Assembly: GCA_036172245.1 (NCBI GenBank)
Contig: JAYWIR010000022.1
Coordinates: 868,001-932,000 of the forward strand
Reading direction: 5' to 3'
From: Raillietiella orientalis
Taxonomy: Eukaryota
Length of the DNA stretch: 64,000 nt
Position numbers and translations under genes: made by a program. Below the pieces are notes generated by a model, which saw only the letters and a list, made by a program, of their open reading frames with translations, was not told where the DNA came from and ran no database searches. This document shows positions 37,776 to 49,901 of this stretch, in pieces (positions within the stretch are counted from its first letter, which is position 1; each line of letters starts with the position of its first letter).

Positions 37776-39384
37776 ATGGGAGAAAAAGCACATGGGAGGT
37801 CAGGTGAGCTGCCTCTTATCCGTTTTTAGTTACCTTTCTTAAGTGTTCTATCAAATTATTGACATGAATTTTGTGAAATCTTCGTGTGATAGGTATTACG
37901 TGATTATTAATATGTTTCATAGGAGTAGCATTTCCAAATTTTTGCATTGTTTTGATTGATGGCGCACTAATGCATGTAAATCCAGTACTGTATTTACACC
38001 TTCACAAATACATGTAGTGAAAATGAATAATCATTTCTTATTATCAAGAGGCATAAGGTTGGTTATAAAGGAAGCGAGCACATTATTTTGAGGTACTCAT
38101 TATTTAACTTGTAGAGAGTGAATTTTATGGAAATATTTTGCTTTATCTTTAGGTTACTTTTTTAAAGTTTTATCATGCTGTGTAAAATCATGTTATTTGA
38201 TTCTTCTTTGCATTTGATCTAAGTTATGCAGCCCTTGTTTTAATTCAGATTACTTGATCATCAGTGGAACATTGGCATTTGTTGCAGGCATATGTCTCAT
38301 TATGGCCTTTGCAAGGTATGTAGTTTTGACAAATGTTTTTAGTTCAAACCATAACATGAGAAAATATACTTGTGCGCCTAAGGATAATTTCATTATTAAA
38401 GGGATAACTTGGGTTGCACAGCAAGAAAGAACTGATGTTTCTTGTCTTTAAATTTGATTATTCATTTGAATTTAAATTGGAATTCCTTTCAAATTTTCTC
38501 ATCTTACTGGAAAACTGCAAAGTCTACTGTAAAGAAATTGTATAAATTGAATTTTTTTGTTTTTCAGTCCTTATTGGTTGAAGTCATATGAAGATACTTT
38601 CAGTCCTTTCAAAAATATGGGACTATGGGAATTTTGTTTTCAGGAATATGCACATCCTCGGTATCAGTTCATTAACAGATTTAAAGGATGCAATTATGTT
38701 TTTGGTGATAAATATAGGGTGATTAGAGAATGGCTTATTCCAGGTAGAATTCATACTTAGGATTTTATGTGTTTGTGAGAAAATTATTAATACATTCTTA
38801 TTTCAAGCTCATCTTTATTCATGTTCATAATATAGATACATATTTGCAGGTTGGCTAACCACAGTGCAAGCATTAACATCTATTTCTCTTGTTCCATCAT
38901 TTTTGACTCAGGTGATAATGGCTGTATTGCTTGTGAAATTTCCAGTCATGGTGGCTAGAATTGAATGGGTACTTGTTGGTATTGCTTGTGCCTTGGATGG
39001 AGTTGCAGGTGAATATAGAGTCTCAACATGGATGTGCTGATTTCATGAAGCTTTCCTTTTGTTTTTGGCTGTGTCCATATTTGGTGGTGAATGTTGGCAA
39101 AGGGATTGGCTTCTTTACCCCAATTTTAATTATTTGTCTTGGTCATATGCCTTAGCAGTTCTTTCCATGTTTTTGCATGCATTTGCAGCATTTGGATTAT
39201 ATTTGGTAAGATATAATTTACTGGTATAGGATAATCCTAGTAAAAGCATATGATTCTGGCATATTTATAAAATTCTTAAAATGATTTTTCATAGGATTAT
39301 CGGAAAAGCAGAGAATGGAATCGCCAGAACAGAAATCTAGTGATGCAAATGCACTCGGGAATTGGAGACAATGGTTATGTTTAG
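37776..39384 (+). CDS. pck: Septate-junction claudin, pickel/Megatrachea orthologue, 6 exons, 224 aa
   Basis: Exons 37776-37803, 38249-38315, 38568-38743, 38850-39008, 39051-39205 and 39295-39384 (675 nt). Contains SPYWLKSYEDTFSPFKNMGLWEFCF (W-GLW-C claudin motif), VIREWLIPGWL, IFGGECWQRDWLLYPNFNYLSWSYALAV, NLVMQM and a C-terminal PDZ-binding GYV. Four hydrophobic segments. Confidence 0.93.
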
Positions 39385-42300
39385 AAAAGTCCTATTATTT
39401 GTGAAATTTAGCATTTACATTGAAAGATTATTTTTTTATTCTTCTCAAGGCTTGCATAATTATAAATGGTCTAATATAATTTTGTAAACTTTGTAACTAA
39501 GCTTGTAAAATATATTTTTATATTTAATTTCCATAAAGAATGGTTTTGAAATTCTAAACTTTAAATTGAGGTTTTGTGATCTCTGAAATTATCTGCTTGT
39601 GAACATCTTAAAGCATAACTTATTTTTCACACAACATAAGTGATCCATTTTTACTTAATATTAAGACATCTTATTTATGTTTTTGGAATAGACAATGTTG
39701 CAAAAACTGCAGGGGATTTTCACGATTTTGTGGAAATTGAAAATTACATTTCATTGGTAGGTTTGTGATTAATGCCTTAATTATTGCAGTAGTGGGGAAA
39801 AAGCATGTTGCATGATTTAGAGCTTGCAGAATGCTGGATTGCTTCTTGTAGTCAACAGTTTTGCAAGAAAAAAGCACTTAGAAAGTACTCAGCCTTGCAG
39901 ATGTTTGTACTCTTCAGAAAATAAAAAATTCATTCATCATTTCTTTGTTAAAAACAAATATTAGTGCCAATTTAGGTTGCATATCAAAGAAATATATTGA
40001 ACTATGTATTAAAATGTAAGTATTCCAATATAAGAATACTATTGATCTTCATAATAAAAGTATACCAAGAGAATGCTAGTTAGACCTATGTTAATAGATT
40101 TACTATGCTTGTCAAGAGAGTTGGCAAAACACATACATAAACACTTTCTACATTTTGTGTAAGAACTGTGTTCAAATGGCATTCAAGCCCATGTATATAA
40201 AGTTCACTATTAAAGTAATTAAAGAAAAGCATAGGCATCAGTAGGTAATGAGATAGTTCTAAATGTTGATTTAGATCCTTCTTTTTGCAGGGAAGATTAA
40301 AATTGCAATGAAATTAAATAGAATGTGGTGTGAATTCGAATGAACAAATCAAATTACCGTAAATTGTATGAACTCTGGTGTAGATCAGATAAAAAGTAAA
40401 ACATTGGATTATCCCCTTATTCCTAAAGCAAGTTAGTACATCTACATTTTTTCAGGTCTCAAGAAATGAAACACCGAGCATTACTCGTTTAAACGTAAGT
40501 GTTGAACATTAGCCCTCCGTTTCCCTGTTCACCTTGTGGACACATTTCTATATGTTCAAGAACACTTAAGATTCATCGTGTTGCAAGCAACTAGTACAAA
40601 CTATTTGCCCTTTTGTAAGTTTCGTAGGAATTTCATTTGGACTTGTGTTATCACAATTATGGAAAATCCTCGTTTTTTTTTTTATAATTATCCGTGTGAA
40701 AAAGTTTTTCCGAAAAGGTGATGCATTTGCGGTTTCATAGGTAAGACGTAAAAACTGAAAAGGTATCACTTTCCATCGACTTTCCAAGACATTGATATAG
40801 CAAGCTGCATCCAGCGTACTAGGATGAAGCATAGCAAAATCCTAAAATCGGATTTTTTTTTTGCAAACAGCATATGTTAAGTAAATTAGTATCTTATATT
40901 TAAAGAGAACTACTGAAAACGATGTTTTCACACAATAATATTCTCCGACAGAAGATTTGGATAATTGTGGTTTCAAAATCTGATAAAAGAGTAGGAAACC
41001 TCAGTTTCACGCTCACACTTTCGATAGGCATAATGTATTTTGCTTTTAAGAGTATTACTTATTATACACCGGAATAAACCTGCAGCCACGACTTTTAATG
41101 GTAGAAAAACATTCAGCATTTTTTTTTCATTTTTAGCAACAGTGAAGATGACCGCTGAATTTTGTGTACTACATAAATCTCAGTCTTTGGAAAAAACATC
41201 AGAGGGTTTGAGATATTTTCTTCAATTCAGTGATGAATTCGAAACCATTATTGCAATCCCTTGTTACTAAAAAGCTTCAGCACAGAATAAAAATACATTA
41301 GCAAGATATCAGTGTTTATTACTGCATTTTTAATATTTCCAATTAAAAGGTAATTATTATATATTAATATAATAAATGATTGTGATAAAAAATATTTGGT
41401 GTTTAATATAAATCAAAGAGTATTTTAATTCATTTTCAAGATTTCTTATAAGTAGCATAATTAAAATCAGGAATAAAATCAATATTTTCATATAATGAAT
41501 AAATGATGTATGTAAATATTTTTGTTACATAATAATATTAAAATTATGTAAATTTATGTTAAAACATATTTGTATTAATTAATTAACTAATATAAAAAAT
41601 TATAAAATACATATTTTAGCTTCAAATTATTTTAGAATAAACTAAAATAAATAGGTAAGTATAAGTATTTTCGATTCAATTTGAGCCGAAATTCGAAACG
41701 AAAGTGATGATGTTTGAATGATGTTTATCTAGTCGACAGCCCGCAAATGGAATCTCGTTCGTAATTTCTATTCTTATTTAAAAATGCTTCGAAATCAAGG
41801 TTTTCAATATTAGTTCTCCTAAGATTCAGTTAGTTGTCCTTTTCATGTTCTAGGTAGAATCGTGTACTTTCGATAATATATTTTCATTGAAAGACTACTG
41901 AGTGTTTGTTTCCTGTCTTTGTCAGAATTTTTTATCTGTTGAATTTGTGCTGTCTCAGTATGCCAATTCTTACACTGAACAGCTATAAACACATTTTTAC
42001 CTTACATTCCCTCTTCTTTGCTTTTCTTCCATACCCGTGATGATTTGTTGAATTTCCATCGAGTCTTCATCAGTCATGTTTTTAAACTCAAGTTCACTTT
42101 TTAATTTGAGCTTTGTGATTTGTTTTGGCAATGAATATTATTTTCATATCATTGACGCATGAACATTGAAAACATTACTAATGTGCGTATGCTCATCGAA
42201 ATCAAACCGTTTTAATTCATAACTAACATGCGATCTGTTGATAAAAATTTTGGAAAATCAAGATGTTAATGGAATTAAAGGATGGATTCACCATATCCTT

Positions 42301-43116
42301 ATTTTATTTCTTTTCATTTCGTCTGGCATGAATTAGATTTTTACGGATGAATCACTGATTGTCACTCACTGAGTTGTCATATCAAGTCGATCATGGAATG
42401 TAGCCATTTTCAGTAATAATGGAATAATTTAACACTTAGAAAGGATTTTTGAAGTTCTGTCCACTACATCCATCTTACATCAGAATTAATTTACTATGCT
42501 TTCTGTAGTTCCAATGCTTTTGATATGTACTGACATAATCGGATAATCTCACGACACGTGGCATTTTTAAATTGAAAAGGTTTCTTAAATTTCACGCTAG
42601 TATCTTAAATTGAATCTGTTTTTTTTCCTTCAATTTTCTTCTGTATATCTCCTTATTCATGTAAGCTGCTTAACTAAAATGTAACTCTTGGTCCCCATTC
42701 TAACGCATACCTCTTTCGTCTTTTACTAAAATGTAAACAAGCAAACAATTTGAATGGAATACTTTTTGAATGTTATATTGGATGCTATGATCGTTCTAAT
42801 TATCATTATCCACTATGGATTTAAGTTGAAAATTAATAATACATATGCACTGGAAATATTCGCAGCAAAATAAACTTTTTACATTCGTTGGGAACATAGT
42901 TCGTTCTCAATAGTCTTGGCAATACCTCGTAAACTTACGGTTATCTCATGGTGTATTGAATATTGGTAGAATATCGTTTCCGTTCATATCTTTTCCAAAC
43001 ACGTGAAAAACTTTATGAAACCTGCGCAGTCAATCATTCTTCAAGCGGACATGTAACGTATATCGAAGTAGCCGTCATTTTGTGATTTCTACCCTTCTTA
43101 ATCACCGTATGTTGTC

Positions 43117-43973
43117 ATGGTTGTTGTGACAAATTTGCCTCCACCCACTGAAGGTGTCAGACATGTTCAGTCGGAGACGGTTGCGTTGCTGAATAATACT
43201 AATTTAGGAAATGGTACATTGTATATAACCGAAAGGTAAATAGTATTTCTAGCCAGTCTATGCGTAAAGATACCACTAAAGACAAAGGTATTGACTATAG
43301 CCATTGATTTTTTTAACCTTGCATTAGCTGTGTGTCGTGGGTGGATCAGACGCACGGAAATGGTTTTTCTTTGCAGTATCCCCATATATCAGTGCATGCA
43401 ATTTCACGACAACGAGCGTCATATCCACAGGAATGTTTATATCTTATGATTGATACAGCTTTGGAAGATGTAGGTAAGAAACAAGAAGTCATGAATTTTT
43501 TAATTGCATTAGATGGAAGTCTTTTGATTATAAGTTTTTTCATATCGTAATTCGAATTTTCAAGTGTTTAGTAATACTCAGTCCTCAACAGAAGCATCTG
43601 CTGATGATGCATCTGATGAAGAATCTTCAGAAAACGACATAACAGAAATTCGATTTATACCTGAAGATAAGAATTCTCTCGAAGTACTGTTCAAGACATT
43701 GTCTGAATGCCAGACTCTTCATCCTGATCCAGAAGCACTCTCAGGTAAATGTTGATTTCTTAGTTACTTTGCTTATGTATGTTCACAGATGAACAATATG
43801 ATGAGGAAGAGGAAGATCATTATGAAGTACAATCCAGTGGATTACAGAGTGAACAGCATGGTCAGTTTTTAAAACTTAAATTAATGAGTGAACAGAATTA
43901 TGTTTCAGGTACTGTTAATGGCATTGAACCTATGGAAACAAGCCAGTTTGAAGATGCAGAAGACAATGGATAG
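43117..43973 (+). CDS. icln: Methylosome subunit pICln (CLNS1A orthologue), 5 exons, 193 aa
   Basis: Exons 43117-43235, 43328-43473, 43565-43744, 43789-43860 and 43909-43973 (582 nt). Motifs PPPTEGVRH, LGNGTLYITES, GFSLQYPHISVHAISR, ITEIRFIPEDK, ECQTLHPDPE and an acidic tail ending QFEDAE. Confidence 0.95.
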
Positions 43974-44371
43974 CTTTTATTATATTTGAAATCTGACTGA
44001 TCTGATAAAAACAAGTATTGTCAGTATGATAATTTCCAAACCAAAACTTGCCTTTTGCATCACTGATTAATAAATACATTTGTAATTTTTGAGAATTGTT
44101 CTTGTTTGTTCTCTGCATTATGGTGAATTGAAATGTTTGAATGAGTACTTAATTTTCGTAATGTGACGCCTTCTAGATAGAGGACTGCAAAACGACTTTT
44201 ATTTCATTGCTACTTACAAAGTGCAAAGGTGTTTTTGGCTTCCTCCCTTGGTTCTGCTGTGACCTTTTTTTTGTGGTGTAATTAAGCATATAAAAGGATT
44301 AGTAAATTTGAATGATGTGATTGTATGATAATTTTCCTTAATGAATTCTCATAATTAATTGGAAGAGATAA

Positions 44372-44391
44372 GTGTGTGTGTGTGTGTGTGT
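44372..44391. repeat. (GT)10 microsatellite
   Basis: Direct reading of the sequence. Confidence 0.95.
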
Positions 44392-47300
44392 ATATGCTCA
44401 TTTGAGAACTTGTATGTGAGCCATTGGTCGTATGTAAGTCTTTGTCTTTCTGGTTTGTGCCATTCATGCCCATCGGGATAACAGTCAAAAATTAATTTGC
44501 CCGGTCGCACTTAACGGCGGTTGACATAGCATTTATCTGCGCAACGTTGCTGCTTGATTAATTCACAAGTTGGATGTTACGCAAAGTAGTCGTCCGTGTT
44601 TACTGCTTACGGACGCCTACGCAGCCCTGAATCATCTAATTGCAAAATTAGCGGTTTCCTGTTTACCAACATAAATTGTTGAGTATAAGTTACTCAGTTC
44701 TTTCTAACGTTAAAGCTAGTTCGGTTTAATGATGAAATACATTCAGTTGGATGTCAACAGGAAAAATATTATTTAAAACTTTATTAATTGTTCTTACTCT
44801 GAGTTTGGTCATTTAATTCAGCGATTCATTCTTCGATGCAATTCTGGAAGAACCAGTCCAGTTTGCAAAAAGCAGAAGCTTATCTGCGAAATAATCTGAG
44901 TTTTATTTATTATCTGACTGCACTTACGAACGGCTTAAAGTAATCGATTTAGTACTCAGTGGGTCTATGTTTGGATGGATGGGAAGTGAATTACAGATCA
45001 GCATTAATTACATGACAGTGATAAGCTAGGAAAATGTTAAGAATTTCATTGAATTCATTTGCTTATACTTGTTCAGTACTTATAATAAACAGAAAAGTTT
45101 CAAAAAAATCGTGTCTCGCAACTTTTGTCTAATCCAAAATTCATCAACCAGCTATTCTCGAATATCCGTATCTTCGTACTTCAAGAGAAAAAATTATGTT
45201 TTCAATTACAGTGGCAAACTAATTCCCTAAAAACTCGAAGCAAAATGACTAAAATTTCAGAAGGGAAGTGGTTGAGTGCAGGATGATTAAGGGTCGAATG
45301 TTTAGTTGTGAAATTATTCACCAACTAAGCGTTCACATTTTTTTTTTAGAATCATCCGTTCCAAGGCGTCATGGAGTCCATTAATTGACTTCAAAATAAA
45401 CGACTGGCTCTTGCGTTTGAGATAAACTTTCTTATTTCGTTCAGAAACCACCAAGTAAATGATTGTGTTCAGCATTCACATGCTTTTCACCTTTGTGTGC
45501 TCGAATATAAAACGTTTTAGTTTCTTATCGTGGATAAAGTTATTTTTTAGAAAAACCTATTTCTGAATCAGGACAAAAGTTTTTGCTGATGTCCTTTACA
45601 AAAGTTACTAAATATCTAATACTGCCATAAAATCAGTTTTGGAGACTACAACTTCACACACAAGGCTTACACAAGTTTTTCAGAAGAAGCATTGGAAAAT
45701 AATTAGCAAATCCTTTGGAAATCATGCTGATTGTTTTTCTGAAATAAAAGACCCTTTTAAAATCGTTTCCTAAAGCTAAACCAATCATGGGCTTATGCAT
45801 ACACCAAATGTTTGAAGGCAATGAATGCTCTAGTTCCTATAGAAAACCAACTGCGTGATTTTCTAAATACTGGATCAATTACATACCAGGAAATTAGAAA
45901 ACATACAGAAGTAAATTACTTCCCCTAAGCATCCAATCCAAGGTTTCTAAGCTAAAATATAAAAGCAAAACCTTTTAAACATTTTTGTGCCAATACAAAC
46001 AAATGAGTCAAACAACCAAGATATGTGAAAAGAAATAGAGACTAATAGCGCATACAACAGGACATTTCTAACACAATAGAAAGTAAATCAATCAAGAAGA
46101 ACAGATATCTCTTATTTGGATCATTCACAAAACCAGTTACCAAGAAAACTCCATCAAAAACAGTAATGTACTTTTAGGCTGATATGCACGAATCATTTCC
46201 AACGTGTAGAAACTGTTTCGAACAGTGAAACACGCAAATATGGAAAAAAGTTTAGATTTATAGAATTTAGGAAAATCCTTTCGTTCATTCAATTCTATAC
46301 AGTTTTCTCACACACAAGAAGCTTTTACTAAAGAACCCAGGAAGTCATTAAGAACATATAATCAAGGCCGGGTAGCGGCACTGGGCTTAGGTGTCCTGGA
46401 AAATTCTCGAGTTTGACTTCTGGCGTTTCATTTGCATTTTCCCACTTGCAGCACTCGTGGCATAAAAAGTGCTTGAAATTTTAGCTTTCCGTTCTTTGAT
46501 CTAGCAAATATGGCATCCTCCGTACCATTGTCAAAACTAGTAATGAACTCAACCCAATGACAAAACACATCATATGCTAATTTAGACTGTCCGGTGGAAT
46601 TCTTGAGTCACGTAAATTCGCTTAAGTTCCTTTGAAATGCTGTATACTTGATTTTTTAAAAAAATTAATGACTACTTGCTGATGGTAAGAATGGAAACAG
46701 AACAAATGCTTTCTCTTTCGGAAATGAAGGGTTCGTTTTTAGTAGAAAATTGATAATGATCCTTTCACTAGATAGGAAGCCACTCGGCAAAGAAAGAGGT
46801 CCCGGTAAAGAATCATGACGGAGGTCACTGAATGTGTTTCGTAATCATGCTTTTTTCCCGCTAGACCAGTTTAGCTTTTGAAGTCGTATTTATCTCGATG
46901 GTAAATGTTTGAAATACACTGGAATTAACGTCTGTCGTTTTGAATTGTCGACACACTCGATTTTCTGTACCTTCGTCATCAATGAACTCACTAAGTATCA
47001 TATATCCAACAGAATTATTTGTGACTCGAGCAATTCTTGTAACGTAGAAGAACTTTTTGAATTTTACTCTTGCTGAAATCTTTTTGAATGAATGCTATAA
47101 TCTTAAATGAGATTTTTTTTTTATTTTTTCGTTACAAAATAGTATGTTGAAATGGTACATTGTATCCTTTGTAATAATGCCATGAAAATGCGTTAGTGAT
47201 GACAATTCATGAAATGGCAAAGCTTACAGTACTAATCAAGCTTGCAGTATTAATCAAGTCCCTAATTAACTTTGCGCAAAGGCAATTCATAGTCGACGAC

Positions 47301-49901
47301 GGAAACGGGGACGTGATTATTCCTAGTAGAAAACTGATTAGGAGAAGCTGCTCTCAGCGGACCTCATAAAGACAACCAAGACTAGGTGTTTTGTGCAATG
47401 CAACTCAGCATTCGTGCACCACCTGAGGTATAATGCTCTACGAAAGATGCACTCGGCGCTTCCATTTACAGCCGTCGTGGGGAGGTGAAGCAATAAAAAA
47501 TAGTGAAAGCGCTTCTCTACTCAAAATGGCGAAGGGATTGTCACACCAAGGGCTCTTCAGCAGTAAATGAACGAATAAGAATTTGACACTGAGAGCTCCG
47601 ATAACAGTCGTATTCATGGATATTTTAACAAACCACTTCCAATATTTTTGATGTTTTGCGCATTTGCTGAAAGTGAAGCTGCATCGCGTTTTTGAATAGT
47701 TTCTTCCTCTGATCCATCTAATTCTTCTCCCTTTTTGACGAGCAAGGTGGTCATTTGCGATGGAAACTCCTAGAACATTTCCAAACTTATGCTGCATGGG
47801 AGTCTGGTGCTTCTCATCCTGTACTCTTCAGTGAGCTCATAGGAAACATTCGCACCCTCTGTTTTTCTCTTCGCAACACCTCACTACTGGTCAACTATTA
47901 ATTATAACTTTGTCCCGCTAATAAGCCTCGGAGACGCTGAAAACCTGGTAAACATGACACACGAGTTTCAAGATTAATCGAACACATTCTGAACCCAGAA
48001 TATTCATGCTCTTGTGATTTTCTGACTCTCTAATAAAAGTATGATAATTTTACTTCACACTAGGTCAAATCAGTGCCATTTCATTTTCCTAACCATTGAT
48101 CTACGAATAAACGATGAATTTCTTGAATTTGCAGTCCTCTTTGATTTTCACTTTCAGTTCATTTTTCATTCCTCCGAACTCGGTTCCCAGGCCACGTAAG
48201 CCATTTCCTTGTCCTGAGTGCACTTTCTATCGAGAATCATTTTCGTGAGTGTTTCGAAGGCACGGCTCAATTCTTTCATCCTTCATTCAGTTCCGGGCCC
48301 GCACCGTTTAACACTCCCAGTTCGATTCACGAGATGTGCCTGAGTAAAATTTTTCATTCTTAAATTTATTAAAGTCGGGCTTCATCCGGTTCGTTGGAGT
48401 AGAAGAAACAAAACAATACGTTAATTAGTATAGTTTTGCGTGAATTGCAGTCTTACGAAGGAAAAAAAAATTGTTCGGTGTATCTCTTCACACCATCAGC
48501 AGTGTATAGCACCAATAGTCACTGTTCAGTGCCTCAACCCAATGGAACCACATATACCTTTTATGTCTCACATCAACCTTTCAAGAGTAATTACAAGAAG
48601 AAAGCGTACTCCGAGTTCTGACGTCATCATCGAGTTTCTGATAAAGCAATTACTTGAAGAAAAAAAAAAAAAAAAAAACGCCTCTAGAAAACTCCTTGTT
48701 TTAATTCCCCGTCTTCCATGAATTTCCTGGTTCTTATGAAGGCAATTTCCTTCTTTCAGAAGGAAAGTGCCCTCAACGTTCCTGTTTACCGAAGCATAGC
48801 ATCAACCAGAACTACTTTGTTTCTATCGAATAGAATTTGCAATCCGTAATCGAATTCCCTCAAAATTCAAAACTCCTGAAAATTCGAACAAGAGACGATG
48901 AAGTCGGCCACAGCAACGTTTTCATTGTGGAAGCAAATAATTTTCTATAGCACATTTTCCCACAATCTGCCTATTTGCAGTAATTTCAGCAGAACTCCGG
49001 ATGCACCCTTACGAACCAACACGCGAAAGCTGCAGGACTCGTAAATAACAACGAAAACAACAAAAAATGCACGACCTGTACACATCTACTTGAGGCGAAA
49101 AGTCCCATACATTACATTAAGCCATGATACCACACCACATTCTGAGTACCAAAATGCAATTAATGCATATATTTTCTCGGTTTGTTAGTTTATAGGTGAG
49201 GCAAAAGCAGTTGTTCCATTTTAATTTTTGAAGAAATTCGGCGAAATGTACACGAAATTCGAATTACAGATATGAGGATTAAATTCATTTAGGAAAGCAA
49301 TAATATTTTCTGAATGAAATTCTGATAAAGTTTCCGAAAAACGCTTACGCTGGTCTACGAACTTTGAATAGGAAGCGAGAGAAAGAAAACCATGGAGCAC
49401 TTCAAAGAGCACACGGCATTTCTTTAGCAACCCAGGCCACATGGGTAACGTAAGCTGCAGATAAACGCGTATCACATTGTCCAGTAATTTAGCTTTGGTG
49501 CTAATGCTTCTAAAAACAATTGCAATTCTTATAACGCAAAAAACGATCCCTGATACAATTTATAATTACAATTAATTTGAAGAAACACTATTTACAATCA
49601 CAAAAACCATAAGTTGCACTTCAAACCATAGAAGAGCTACCCTTAAATAAAAATCAAATGCTCAATCATTAGCAGTTTAATTCTGATTCTTCATCACACT
49701 AATGAGCAGTCATATGACTTAATCTGCAAAAAATGCAAATTCATTTAACATTCACAAACTCCTACATGAAGCATCCACGCTTGTTTCTGCAAACTTCATC
49801 TCAATAGCAGCTGCATTACATTGGATGAGAACAGGAACTTCTCACTCCATTTAATACTTCAGTATTAATAACACTCAGCCATCATCCATGTAATTGATCA
49901 T

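Noticed and set aside
42001..42120. Coding-looking minus-strand stretch (MTDEDSMEIQQIITGMEEKQRR) with a donor
   Set aside because: There is an upstream in-frame stop, no partner exons and no recognisable family.
42293..42685. U12-type AT-AC intron (ATATCCTT donor, GCTTAAC branch-like site, AC)
   Set aside because: No flanking exons or ORF support it, and such motifs arise by chance in AT-rich DNA.
46366..46425. tRNA-like or SINE head with A-box- and B-box-like motifs
   Set aside because: Too short, lacks an anticodon arm and has a degenerate B box (GTTTGA). Not a tRNA gene, and SINE status cannot be shown from one copy.
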